From Botryllus schlosseri (lineage: Eukaryota): a stretch of 64,000 nucleotides of DNA. Position numbers and translations under genes: made by a program. Position 1 is the first letter of the stretch. Every line of letters starts with the position of its first letter. Below the pieces are notes generated by a model. That model saw only the letters and a list, made by a program, of their open reading frames with translations, made no database searches and was not told the DNA's origin. This document shows, one piece after another, positions 51,815-64,000 of the stretch. The DNA lies in assembly GCA_051294905.1 (NCBI GenBank), contig CM119378.1:14508001-14572000 (forward strand). Direction: 5' to 3'.

Positions 51815-53370
51815 CTTTGCTATATGCTTACGTTGATGAGCTTTTACGAAGGTGTGTCTCGCTATTGTTTTTCATTTCATTTCGAAATTTTCATGACAGA
51901 ATTTTTATGTTGTTGCAAGCCGTCTTTGTGAAATCAAAATATGTTTTAACTAGGCCCTATAGACCGCCTTCATTTATAGCCACGAGGCTGGAGAAATCAC
52001 CAATCATCGCAGTCAGCGTCATGTTGCTCATCACATAACGTATAAAGTTAAGGTTGCGTGTGAATATCATAACGTGATTAATATTATCTACGCCAGGCAT
52101 TACGGTGATTTCTCCAGGGTTCTCGGCAACTGACTTCATTGTTGTGAATGTTGGAATTCGCAGTTCTTTCGACCAAAAATCTTCTGTGACAAAATCTGCG
52201 CCAATTTCCAGTTTGAATATCTCGATTGTCGAGTCTTTAAGGGAAAAATACATAAAATTCTCAGGATGAAAGATCAACCAGAGCAACTACATTTCTCTGA
52301 GAGTCGTGTAACGTAAGATGAAATCAGCCTGCCGAACGAGACCGTAAAATTTTCGATTTCGAAAAATCATCAATTGTGCATGTGATTCTGTAGTATCGAC
52401 TCCGTTACGATCATTATTGGCACGAGAGTCATTATCTGCGATAACCGTCACGTTCCGATGACGTTGTGTTGCGAGGACCGAAATAAAATTCTCGAGAAAA
52501 CGGATATCAAAAATGTGTTATATTATTATTATTTTCTTTATTCACAGTAAAATTGGTAAATACGCACATAATCCGGGTAGTAACCTGCCCCGTCCAACCT
52601 GTCCAAGCCTACAAACAGTTTCCGTTGCCACCATTGTCACAGTCCAAGATCGGCGTAAACTTACGCCTGGCTACGTTAATATCGAAGGATGACCATCCCG
52701 TCTTCGCGAAACAAATCACCGAAGAAGTCATACCGCACGAGCAGTCAACGGGTAGCATCAGAATTTATACTGATAGCTCGAAAACCACACCAGGGTGTGG
52801 GTCGAGTTTCTTCGTGGAGAACAGAGACGTATGTTCCGGTTGTACGCTTGACGGTCACTTATCCGTCCTCTCGACAGAGTCGATTGCCATCCGGAATAGT
52901 TTTAATTGGGTTGAACGCAATGGTATACGCCAGAAAGTCGTGTGGTTATTTTTTCAGGCAGCCAGAGCAATCTAGTGGGGATCCGAAACTGCTCTCCAGA
53001 CGACAAAATCATCGCCGATATCCACCTCCTATAGGATCCGAAATACATGCAATAGAGATCAAACTGGTTTTGGTCTTGATCCCAGCCATAAGGGCATCCG
53101 CGGCAACGAAAAAGCTGATGAAACCGCAAGGAGAGCAGCCCTGAGGCCACTTGCACGTGATGAAACCCTCCAGCAAAAAATAACTATGAAGGAGATGAAA
53201 CCCCACATTACCGATATATATCGGGAAAAGTGGATCGATCACACGAATGCCAATGACGACGACTCGCAATGTAGAAAAATTATTGAAGTTATTAGGGACA
53301 TTAACAATCATTAATTTGTCATGCAGAGAAACCGGAATTCTAATTAGATTGCAGACTGGTCGTTCTAGGC

Positions 53371-54822
53371 CAGTGGTTCTTAACCTTTTTTCTTCCAGCG
53401 CCTCCTTTCAAAAATCATCGTGCTCCAGCGCCCCCCCCCCCCCCCTCCAACTTCATATTGTAAGGAATGTAATAAAGACAATGAGTAAGAGGGAGGGCCG
53501 TAACAGCACTTTGTTAACCCCCCTAAAAACGATTGCCTTGCGCACCCATAGCGTGATAAACCGAACTTCTGAGGGCTTCGCCCCCACGAAACCTATATCG
53601 TGATTTTGATGGTCAGCAAAGTTTGTATGGCCTGGTCGCCCTAGGTACCAAAATTTTCCATAATGCATGAATGAATAGGTGGTAATTACATATATAAGTC
53701 GCTATATAAACTTTTTATCCTCTCAGCCCACGTAATCAGATTTACCAGTAGCACTGAGAGAGCTGTTGTATAGGAAAATAAAGGGCACGTAATTAATAAT
53801 TAAACATATTCGGGCGTGCCCGCAGGTACAATTATTCGTTACCAGGGCCGTAACAGCACTTCGTCAGCCCCCCTCCCCCCAACAAAAAACGTTGGTCCTG
53901 GGCCCCCACCGGGTGATGACCCAAACTTCCGGGGTACTTCACTCCCAGACCCCCATTAGGCTGCCCGCTATTTGCTGATAGCCTATTAGGTATCTACATT
54001 GGGTGTCCATTTACTGAGGCAGCTACTCTCGCCTATTCGCGCGAAGTGCGAAAAATTTCACTAATTAATGATTGAATTGGTCAATATCATCGGGAATTGC
54101 ATGTAAATTGAGATCAATTTTTATCCTCTCTCTGCTCACGTAAACACATTTACCGGTAGAGCTGAGTGAGGTGCAATGTTCCCTCTAAGCTGCGCACGTG
54201 CGCAGTGCTGACACGGTCTCTGCACACAGAAAATCTACGTTGCGCACAACAAATCCGGAGTTATTACCTTTTTTAGTCGTTACGCACTGTTGTCCAAGGG
54301 TCAGCGCAGTGAGTTGTTGAGTGTGCGCAGACTCATCAAAACTTAAAGCGAACATTGTGAGGTTTCTTGGAAACTGTAGGGCCCGTTACTAATAATTAAA
54401 CATATTCGAGCGGGCGAACCCGGTACCCAATCGTACTAAACTAAAAGACGCACACGATTTCAGATGGGTTTTTCTTTACTGACATATAATTTTTCCCTGC
54501 CAGATGGAATTCGTCTTCTGGGGTTCTGATTGCCAAGACAGGAACATTCGGTGTCAGTCATTTAGGCGCCCATGGACAATTAAACCTATATGTATTTTGA
54601 AGGCTATATGTAACGACGTTTTCGGTGTTAATTTGCTCTGAATACTCATTAAGGATATGTCCTATCACCACATCATCTACTGCGAAGCCATTTTTCTCCA
54701 GCGCCCCCCATACCGCCCCCCTGAGCCCAGCGCCCCCCATATCGCCCCCTGAGCGTTTCCGCCCACCTTCAAGATCGCTAGCGCCCCCTGGGGGGCGCTG
54801 GGGGCAAGGTTAAGAACCACTG
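53371..54822. mobile_element. Non-autonomous hAT element carrying the ~370-bp tandem unit
   Basis: Perfect 15-bp TIR CAGTGGTTCTTAACC; perfect TSD TTCTAGGC; a related end fragment lies at 63440-63498. Confidence 0.95.
54174..54357. mobile_element. ~190-bp CAATGTTCCCTCTAA MITE (copy 1)
   Basis: Homologous to 59145-59344; TSD-like GTGAGGTG / (G)TGAGGTT. Confidence 0.85.
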
Positions 54823-56206
54823 TTCTAGGCTGATCGACCATCTCCACACATTGCAATGTCACCAACACGGCCTTTGTGATGTCGGCCTATGCGGGATCGA
54901 AGAAAACGTGAAACATTTCCTCCTTCGCTGCCCTAAGTATGACCGTGCCAGGACGACTTTAATTCAGACCGCCGAGCGGAATGAAGTAGCACTAACGCCA
55001 GAGTCCCTGCTAACAGGTGTGCAATTTAGGGCTCTTCAAAAAATGACTTTTTTCTCAAATCGTCCTGGCTACTTGATAACATTGTTAGGTTACCTAATTT
55101 AAGCCTACACACAAAATTTGGTTCAATTCCAGCCAGTAACCGCTTTGCTACAGGAGAAGAAAGTTTCTATTTATTATGGAAAAATAAATAATAAAATTTT
55201 GAAAATTTCTGTTTACCCCATGAAAGTGTTAGGCTGTCTATAGAAACTGTGCTCACCAAATTTGGTTCAATTCCAACCAGTGGAAGCGGAGTTATTGCCG
55301 TCGAAAATTTGGATTTGAATAAAATAGTATTTACGGTGACCGATTCTTTGTTTATTTATGATAGTTCTGCTCACCGTAAATACTATTTTATTCAAATCCA
55401 AATTGGAGTATTTGGTTGTATTAAGGTAAGCAGCGGCCAGAGAGACGCTGATCGGTGCGAAACCCTCGTGGTACAACCGGTACTTCCAATCACTTGCACA
55501 CCCAGGAGAAGTATGGCCGTCAGGCCTTCATGCTCCGACCCGGGATCTGAAACCGCTTGACGGGGTAGTATCCCAGTCACAAGTATGGTGGCGGCGGGAC
55601 AAGCTTCTGCAGACGCCCCCAGCCAAAGCCTGCTTGTGACAGCCGTTTGAACCCCTTAACCTAGGGGTGGGCAAACTACGGCCCGCGGGCCGCATTTGGC
55701 CCTCAACACCGTTCCGTGCGGCCCGCGAGAGTCTAAAGAAACTTATCCAAAATATTGATAAAATGCGTAACAAAAATCGAATTAATGCAGGGACTTTATT
55801 GACCTTTTCTTAGTATATTCCACCATATTAATTCTAAGACAGTGGTTGTCAAACGGAGGGGTGCACCAACCTTGGGGGTCGTGAAAGCATCTGAAAGGGG
55901 CGCGAAGCTGAGCTCAACTGGAATTTTTCGCGCTCAGCGCGATTTATATACGATTCTAGGGTACATAATTTCTATATTACTTTTATGTTCAATTTCTGGC
56001 GCGACAGCCCGATCTCAAGGCCCACGAAGTTCAAAAGGTTTTAACTGGTAAACATCACAGAAATCCTAAACGACATTGACATAATTCGGATCACGAATGT
56101 GATTTCAGGTTGGCCAGTTTAGTTTTAAATATTTCAGTGGTGTGCTTATAATAACGATTCGCGCGTGTCTTGAATAGATTCGTTCACTGTATGCGTACAA
56201 TTAGGG

Positions 56207-57898
56207 CAGTGGTTCCCAACCGGTGTGCCGCGGCACACTAGTGTGCCAATTGGACTGCTCAGGTGTGCCGCGAGCAAATGCACTAAACTGGGTCGAAGCA
56301 TAACAAAAATCCAAATTTTGAGTGTGTCATTGTTGGAGTTTCTATTGAATTTACTATATCAAGACACGCGATGTACAATCCGATGCAGTGAACAGATACA
56401 AGGATGTCGCGACGGCCATAAGTAACGTTATCTCAATTAGCCATCCCCATCAGGTCATGGATTGGGTCTTTTTCTGGCTTTTTATTGTAAAGACGCTCTG
56501 AGCACAGCAACGTATAGAGTCGGAGAATCTCATAAATCTGCGACGCTTCGTAACTTGCTACTGCACTGTCATGAATGAAACTGGGGCCTCCACCGTCAAT
56601 GGGTGTGATACGCTAGTTGTCCCATATATAGTAGCATTTTGGACGGTGACAGATAGATAGATAACTAGACTCGGGCTATTGAACCGTGATGTTGATGTGT
56701 GGCCGAAGGTGACCTTTTACTTGTCACCCCATCAGAACCGGAGGCAAAACAGGGACGTGACGTAGTTGATGACCTTCTTCTGTTTCTATTTGTAGTCGTA
56801 TTCTTGCCATGTCTTCGTTATCGATGATAATTTTATACCATGCCGATATAACATATTTTGATTCCTGAGATGCCAACTTATAGCACGGTCCACTTTTTGT
56901 AAGATACTGCTCTTGCAGATCCGAGGACGAGTAGGAGCCAACATAAACCTCCAACACCTAGGAAGGCATCCCCACCATCGATAAATGTATACTCATTTGG
57001 AAGTGAGGTTCACGTTTACAAATTAGAATTGCCGACATAGCCATTGCGATTGTTAGGTAGCGTGCCAGCATTGCAGGTAAAATGTAGGCCCAGGGCGCAA
57101 CGTAATGTTGCAGGCGACAAATTTGAGAATTGAAAAGTAATGTTGATCAAATTATATCAGTTAACAAATTTCATTGGTCCTGAGGTTTATCATCCCGGTT
57201 TGTTGGAAGTGGAACTGCAACTGAACAGCAGCTGGCTGCCAGTAAGACTCTTGACATTGAGGCATTGCTATCCTCACAGAAGCTATTACACGATGTGCAT
57301 GGAAACGCGTTTGGCTTCCAAGTATAGACACCTCTATACGCGTCTGTATTTGTTAGTGACGATCGCGATTAGACTCTTCCATGCGACGGTTAATTACATG
57401 GACAACGAGGTAGTAAGGCAGACTTTGTTGTCAAGCCAATCTTATGAAATTAACCCCAGCCGGAAGTTTGAACGAGATCTCAGCAGGCAAGTTATGTGGC
57501 AACAGAGGTAATGGTTGATAATTCAAAACCTCACACGGATTGAGAGAAAGTCCTTATTCCTGTCTGCAATAAAATTGTAAAAAAAGAAGAATTGAAAACG
57601 AACCCCATGTCAAATTATAGCATTCGTAGACGTATTTGTGAAATGTCCACAGAGATAAAAAGAAAACTTAATTTCTTCTTTACAGCAGCGAAAAGCCTAC
57701 TTGAGTACACCGAAAAGGCAGAAGTACTTCGTCAGTGACCAGTGATCACCTATATAAGACTGTGGTTGCTGCTATACGCATTCTGGTAGTTTGCTTTTGC
57801 CGTAAGCCAAAAGAGTACAGAACCACTGTACTAGTGTGCCGCGAACTCTTTTTCATTTTCAAAGTGTGCCGCGAGGTCACAAAGGTTGGGAACCACTG
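56207..57898. mobile_element. Buster/Charlie hAT element nested in 55662-58325
   Basis: TIR CAGTGGTTCCCAACC / GGTTGGGAACCACTG; GTGTGCCGCG repeats; perfect TSD AATTAGGG. Confidence 0.95.
57400..57670 (+). pseudogene. Charlie/Buster transposase N-terminal relic
   Basis: ASYVATEVMVDNSKPHTD*EKVLIPVCNKIV...PMSNYSIRRRICEMSTEIK matches the KPHTIGE-LI-P....PLSNNT--RRI-DMS motif. Confidence 0.8.
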
Positions 57899-59012
57899 AA
57901 TTAGGGTATTTATATCTTGTCTACACATAGTAGAAGCGTGTTTGAAGCTAACATGGTTATGATGCTGTCAGCATTGTGTGTCCTGGAACTGTACCAAAAG
58001 TGGAATTGGTAAATCTATGAACAGATCGCTGCTCACAGATTCAAATTTCAATCCTGTTCTAAGAATCAGGACAACCGACAAATTGGTTATTGAGGTCGAC
58101 CAGCCTATGAAATCCCGCCACTGTTTCTCACGCTTGTACGACATCATCAAAGTGATGTCTTGTTTGCATTGAATAAGCATATATATTATCTCCATGTCAT
58201 CACTATGATATAATCAAATACCAATACTGCGTTTTGTTGTATAGTCCCAATTTTATCTAGTGCGGCCCGCGAATGGATTCAGATGTCGAATGCGGCCCGC
58301 GAGCTCAAAAGTTTGCCCACCCCTGCCTTAACCAGACGCAAAATAAAAGGGAAGTAAAATGGTAGCAAACACCGAGCTGGGTGCTTTTGTGTACTTTGGA
58401 CACAAAAGGGCACTATAACGGCGCTTGTGACTTTGCACTATGTGTAAAAACATAGTCTGTCACAAGCGTAGCAGGGTGGAGGTTTACTGCGGTTCCCCTG
58501 AGCATAGTTTCTATAGACAGCCTAACACTTTCATGGGGTGAACAGAAAATTTTCAAATTTTTCATCATTTATTTTTTTATATAGTAAATAGAAACTTTCT
58601 TCTCCTGTAGCAAAGCGGTTACTGGCTGGAATTGAACCAAATTTTGTGTGTAGGCTTAAATTAGGTAACCTAACAATTTTATCAAGTAGCCAGTACGATT
58701 TGAGAAAAAAAAGTCATTTTTGAAGAGCCCTAGTGTGCATACTATACGGCCAGTCATTGAATTCACGATAGCAAGTGGTAGTGCTATATAAATATAAAGA
58801 GTTGTAGACCATTGAATTAGTACAGGAGTCAATATCGCCAGATTTCGCCCAGGGGCAAAAAGCCAAGTAGCTAAGCCGCATTTCCCCCAATACCTACCTA
58901 CCTACAACCTGTCCCCAGTCAGACAGTCACTATAGTAAGTCTATGCTGAGGTGAGGCAAAATTGCCTTGCCAATATAAACGTGCTCTTGCTACCGCCGAG
59001 AGTCGATTACAG

Positions 59013-60450
59013 CAGTGCTCTTCAACCGGGGTTGTCGTACACCCTAGGGTGTACCAGAATTTGCAAAGGGTGTACCACTCGGATGGGGTGTACAGGGGTG
59101 TACCAGATCCGAATTACAATGAGCCGATGGCTAGCTATTACAAACAATGTTCCCTCTAAGATGGGCGTGGGCACGTGCGCAAATGCGCAGTGCTGACACG
59201 GTCTCTGCGCACAGAAAATCTAAGTTGCGCACAAAAAATCCGAAGTTATGACCTTTTTTTCAGTCGTTACGCACTGTTGTCCAAGGGTCTACGCAGTGAG
59301 TTAGTGAGTGTGCGCAGACTCGTCAAAAATTAGAGGGAACATTGATTACAAAAGCAGGTTTATGGATCAGTACAGGTTGATGCACAGGTTAATGAGCAAT
59401 ATGGTACGATGTTATCTCAAGTGTACACCGCTTGATTGTGATGTCATAAGCAAATATTTCTCCTATTCATTTATCCGTCGGCAATAGACCATTGGTTCCG
59501 TTCCGTTTGGTGTTGGAAAGTATGCAGTGAACACTGAACAAACATGTGTTCAGCTAGTCATTTGTCTTTTAATGAATTTTGAGGAAAACGCCGCGATAGC
59601 TCAGACTTCTTGAATCGGTACTTCCTATACCCGACATTAATAAATACCGCAATGCACATAAATGAAGTGACGTAGCCACTAGCCAGCCAGGGTCGAAACA
59701 GCTTCCATGTTGAAATCGGGACCCTTTCGTTTTAAAATGCCGATTTTATGTCCAATATTTCGCCATACATTTGCAATATAGCGGCATACGATCTGAGGTT
59801 ACTGACATCTCTTGCAGCCCATGTGCCACTATCGACTGTGTGTGGTGTGGTGTGGTGCAGGCCTGATACGCAGTAGGCTGGTGCGCCTGCTATCGTCGCT
59901 GATCTGAATTACCGCTTCTGCAGCAGTAGCTTTACCTACTCTCTCCCCAATACTGTTACATTTAGGTTGATTTATCGTTCGTAATGTCATGCTGTTTTTG
60001 GGCTGACACGAAATAAATTCCAATTTGCGTGGCGGGCGTCCTAACTAGCTGCGAATAGACTCTGTGACCAAATACTATTTTATTCAAATCCAAATTTTTT
60101 GACGGCAATAACTCCGCTTCTACTGGTTGGAATTGAACCAAATTCGAAGAACATCGTTTTTATAGACAACCTAATACTTTCATGGGGTGATCAGAAAAAT
60201 TGGAAATGTTTCGTTATTTATTTTTATATAATAAATAGAAACTTTCTTCTCCCGTAGCAATGCGGCTACTGGTTGGAATTGAACCAGATTTGGTGTGTAG
60301 GCTTAAGTTAGTTAACGTAACAATTTTATCAAGTAGCCAGTACGATTTGATAAAAAAGTCATTTTTGAAGCCCCCTAATGAACAGGGGTGTACGGGTTTT
60401 GAGCAAACGTTAAAAGGGTGTACCACGTCGAAAAAGGTTGAAGAGCACCG
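59013..60450. mobile_element. Non-autonomous hAT element with GGGTGTAC repeats
   Basis: TIR CAGTGCTCTTCAACC / GGTTGAAGAGCACCG; perfect TSD GATTACAG. Confidence 0.93.
59145..59344. mobile_element. 200-bp CAATGTTCCCTCTAA MITE (copy 2)
   Basis: Perfect 15-bp TIR; perfect TSD ATTACAAA. Confidence 0.95.
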
Positions 60451-60519
60451 GATTACAGTCTTTGCGTCGAAGGCCGTGGATACACCGACTACGCCAACTC
60501 GAATGAAATTCTTCGTTTC

Positions 60520-61045
60520 GCCAATTCAATTCGATTTATTGTTAATAATTTCATCATTCCAATACAGCACAAGACTGCTATAAGTCGGCAGTTACGGAAA
60601 AAAAATGAAGAATCTCGGTCTGATGTAAGGTACCATAGTAGTCGACAAACACCATGAATACCACAAAACACAAACAAACAAGACTGCGATACAATGAAAG
60701 AGAGAAAGGTGTCGTAACAGCTTGGAGTAGTCTTCGATATCAGACACCCACCTGGCCTAGGCGATAAGAAATTAGGCATGCACAGCACACTGAATGAAAA
60801 ATAAAGGAAGAAAATATAAAAGGTCAGGTGATAAAAAAAGGTGTCATGTATCGGAAGGCGAGGTCGATATAATAGGTCGTGGTCCGGTAAAATAAAGGGC
60901 CAACTAGTATTGATTCAGTGGAAATTGTTTGTATTTTGACTTGAATGTGAAAATGCTCAATGACTGTCGGATAGCCGACGAGATACTGTTCCACAAATCA
61001 GGTCCGGCATATTTGATAGTGCGATGATATTTTATGTCCACCATA
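60520..61045 (-). mobile_element. 3' end of an L2-type LINE
   Basis: ...RTIKYAGPDLWNSISSAIRQSLSIFTFKSKYKQFPLNQY* followed by a 3' UTR shared with 34820-35098. Confidence 0.82.
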
Positions 61046-61579
61046 TGATAGTTGGACGACGGTGGACGCGCGTGTCGTACTTATGCACTTTTGATACCGA
61101 GAGGATAACGGTTCAGGCCGTTTCGATGCTTTATTTAAAGATAGTGATTATAAACCTGGGGATCGTTTACCTATATTCTGGGGCTCGCGAAGATGTTGAA
61201 CGTAAACAGTTTTCATCAGATTTTGAGCTGGGCCACGGAACATTTTCAAATTGGAAATGGAGTCGCGACCAGAAAGGTTGGAAACCACCGGATGTGCGTT
61301 ATTTATATAGCTCAGTGGTGCGCAGGTCGCCCCGACATTAGGCTGATAAACAATCTTATCGGATGTGACATGAACATGACTTAACGATGTAGGCTACATT
61401 GTACATGTACAATTACCCTTCCTGCATTTTCGAAGTTATCATCCTCCACGAGTTCTACCGTTAACTCTGATTACGTGGGCGGAGAGAGGATCAAAATTAT
61501 ATAGTAGGCTAATATATGGAAGAACCAATATTATTGACAGAATTCATTCAAATCATTTAACGACCAGATGCCTATGGAA

Positions 61580-62280
61580 TAGGGCTACCATACGTCCGCT
61601 TTTAAGATGACTTGTCCTCCTTTTTTCACAAAATTGAAACTGACCTCGGAGGACGCCTAAATGTCGTCTCTTTTTGGGGATTTTTCCTCTTTTTCAGAAA
61701 AAGTATTAAAATGCCATCAAAAAGTCGACTTCTAGCCAGAATTGGTGAGAAGAACTGTAGAAAAGTGGATAATGATGGAGCCGATCAAAATGCCGACCTT
61801 TTTTGTAGTCAAAACCACAAATGTATTGTGAAAAAGCGGGTTTTCGGGGGCTGAGACCAATTGATGCCCTTTTATTTTTTCGATCAACACAGACCTTTTG
61901 ATAGAAAATTCTTCAAATTTACCAGTTATTCTTAGAATTTAGGAAAAGTGTTATATTTTTCTGGTAACGCTAATATAGAAACCAGATGCATATAGAGTAA
62001 GCCCCCAGAAGTTGCATCGGTTACCCTATACGGTGGCCCAAGATCAGTGTTTATTTGGGCGGGATGGGGCTAAAAAAAATCTGGTTTCGGCCCTGGTTAC
62101 AACTTATAACACACAACCGCATACTCCTTAACCGGGTCGCGAACACCTCTAGCCGATAGGCAAAGCTTTGCTGGTACGACGTCATATTGATCTGACAATG
62201 TGCTGCTACCTCATTTTGAAATCCGATAATGGGCGCTAAAGAGCGTCCGGAATTTGAGTCACAAAAATATGGTAACCCTA
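61580..62280. mobile_element. Family D MITE
   Basis: TIR TAGGGCTACCATA / TATGGTAACCCTA; no TSD recognised. Confidence 0.75.
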
Positions 62281-64000
62281 ACCTAGCGGACTGGCAGGAA
62301 GGACGTCGGCACCGACCGGCGCCGGCGGTTGCGAACCACTATACCTCCATTTCAATAGTTAATGAAACTTGCTGTTTCTATTCAAAATTTTTCGTGTAGA
62401 ATTTATTTTCAGGATCACTTTTTCAGCTATAATCAAGGCAATAACTGCCGCACCACAAACCCCCCACTCCTGCGTGAGCCATATTGCATATTTATGTTGC
62501 AATTTTGTAACCTGTCACTGGCGGCTGCTGACTGAAATAATTGCCACGCTTTATTTCTTCACAACAACCACATACTTTTCACAGCTCACAGTTTTTGAAT
62601 TAGCCGGATGTTGGTATCCTCGGGTCGATGCTTCAAAGTGCTTGATATAAGACTCAGTGATGGCCAATCTTTTTCGGCTCATCACCCCCAGGGATATATA
62701 CATGAATAACCCTGATCCCTGATGGCCCCTTTATCAATCTCGACATCTTTTATCGCCCTCCCACCATATTTTTGGATCTGGGAAAGAGTGTATATAAACA
62801 GGTAATTTATACAGCTAACTCTGGTCGCTGGTAATAAAAGTTAACTTCTCGCGTGTCGATATCGAAAAGGCTCTGCACTGCACAGTGCACAATTTTTATA
62901 GTGAGGCCCTTTGTGCATTGAAGATGTTTTGAAGCTTTTTGGCTAAACTGATTAACTAAATGTACTTATATTTGAGAGATACAAAATCAGATCCTCAAAA
63001 TATCTCTTCATCGTATCATAAAGGATGATGCTGCTTAGCGTTGTTACCCCCATTCGTGTTAAAGTTAAGAGCATATTGGTGCAGTACTCAATTTAATGTG
63101 AGCAAATCCCTGCCACATTCTCAGTTGATTTAGTAGTCACACTATAGAATGTAAACGTTTACATTCTATAGTCACACAAAGCAATAAAACAAAACCGAAT
63201 ACAATTAACTTCCCCGTATCGCCAATCGTAGAGTTTGGGATCTGTACATCGATCGCGAACCAAATTCTATGAGCCCGTAGGCCTTACCCGATGGCTGTTA
63301 TAACAACCTGGATTTGATCCCGAAAATATCACATACAATTATATCGTAAATTAGCCGAGTGGTGTAATAGTGAAATCCCAGCCCGAAACCGGACTTCGAC
63401 CACTTACCCATTGTTTTTTTTTACTACAGTCCTCGAAATTGGGGGGGGGGGCGCCAGACCCAGGCAAGGGAGCGCTGGAGAAAAAAGGTTAAGAACCATA
63501 CGGCTGTACAGTGTACACCTATACGTATAAAAACATTGCTATTTCCTTCATTGTTTGTCCTAGTTAATAAAAGTCTTGGATGTAAAGAGGATTCACAACT
63601 ATAGTTAGACTGAATTAAAAATTTTCAGGACTCACAATCCACTCATCACTGCACTGTACAGTTGACCCTGCTGAATTCGGACACTTTGGATCCGATTACG
63701 TGTGGCAAATCAATTGCTTGTTTCATGGCCACGCGGAAAGGCGAACAATCTATTACAAATACTGTCCTGTTGGGTAATAAAGGAATTACAGCCGCCCTAC
63801 AGCGCAGAAATCGGTACTGATCGCATAACAGTTAGGGTTAGTTGTATTGTACAAAATTACGATGCCAAAGTACTCAATAAATGCCGTATATTGTGCTTCT
63901 GTGCGACACATACTATAGACCAGTAGTCGGGAACCTGTGGCTCTTTTGGGTATACGATAGGGCTCTGTGACATATTATAAATTTTGTGCTTAATTTTATC

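Larger units (their letters stand above)
52553..55020 (+). mobile_element. 5'-truncated I-group LINE (RNase H plus C-terminal CCHC), split by a hAT insertion
   Basis: IYTDSSK, SVLSTESIAI and PSHKGIRGNEKADE (RNase H). Removing 53371-54830 restores RLQTGRSRLIDHLHTL...C...C..EENVKHFLLRCPKYDRAR. Confidence 0.9.
55662..58325. mobile_element. Non-autonomous hAT element (outer)
   Basis: TIR (T)AGGGGTGGGCAAACT / AGTTTGCCCACCCCTG; perfect TSD CCTTAACC. Confidence 0.93.
55027..58732. mobile_element. Palindromic (long-TIR) MITE split by insertions
   Basis: 55027-55260 is the reverse complement of 58500-58732 (TAGGGCTCTTCAAAAAATGAC...); central 34-bp perfect hairpin at 55306-55404; half copy at 60070-60376. 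Confidence 0.82.

Noticed and set aside
51390-51931. Long ORFs in the ORF track
   Set aside because: Artefacts of reading through the N gap.
55446-55480. Hammerhead-like CTGAT...CGAAAC...GGTA
   Set aside because: G8 and A9 of the core are replaced (CTGATCG) and stem I cannot form.

Overview
AT-rich, repeat-dense eukaryotic (invertebrate) genomic DNA. A tunicate or other invertebrate deuterostome is plausible but is only an inference. There is one 349-nt N gap (51466-51814). Two spliced protein-coding genes can be built by hand, both on the minus strand. (1) A complete CCN-family gene (CTGF/CYR61-like; 7 coding exons, 26300->16070, about 375 aa, all 38 canonical cysteines in IGFBP-VWC-TSP1-CT). 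It has an unusual N-terminal extension with a 39-nt micro-exon, an extra intron splitting VWC, and a tandem TEAD site in intron 2. (2) An apparently undescribed type I membrane protein of about 246 aa (6 coding exons, 49657->44715). It starts like CACHD1/alpha2delta (signal peptide plus the N-terminal 'LGVxxLQ' helix), lacks the VWA/Cache core, and continues with a Thr-rich stalk, a TM helix, a duplicated SAPP exon and a Gly/Cys-rich tail. The rest is mostly transposon debris: many non-autonomous hAT elements with TIRs and 8-bp TSDs, often nested; hAT transposase relics; two tRNA-derived SINE families; L2/CR1-group LINE pieces; an RNase H-bearing I-group LINE; a Penelope GIY-YIG fragment; a foldback element with telomere-like repeats; and several large inverted repeats. 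All coordinates and alignments were derived by eye, and no database searches were run.
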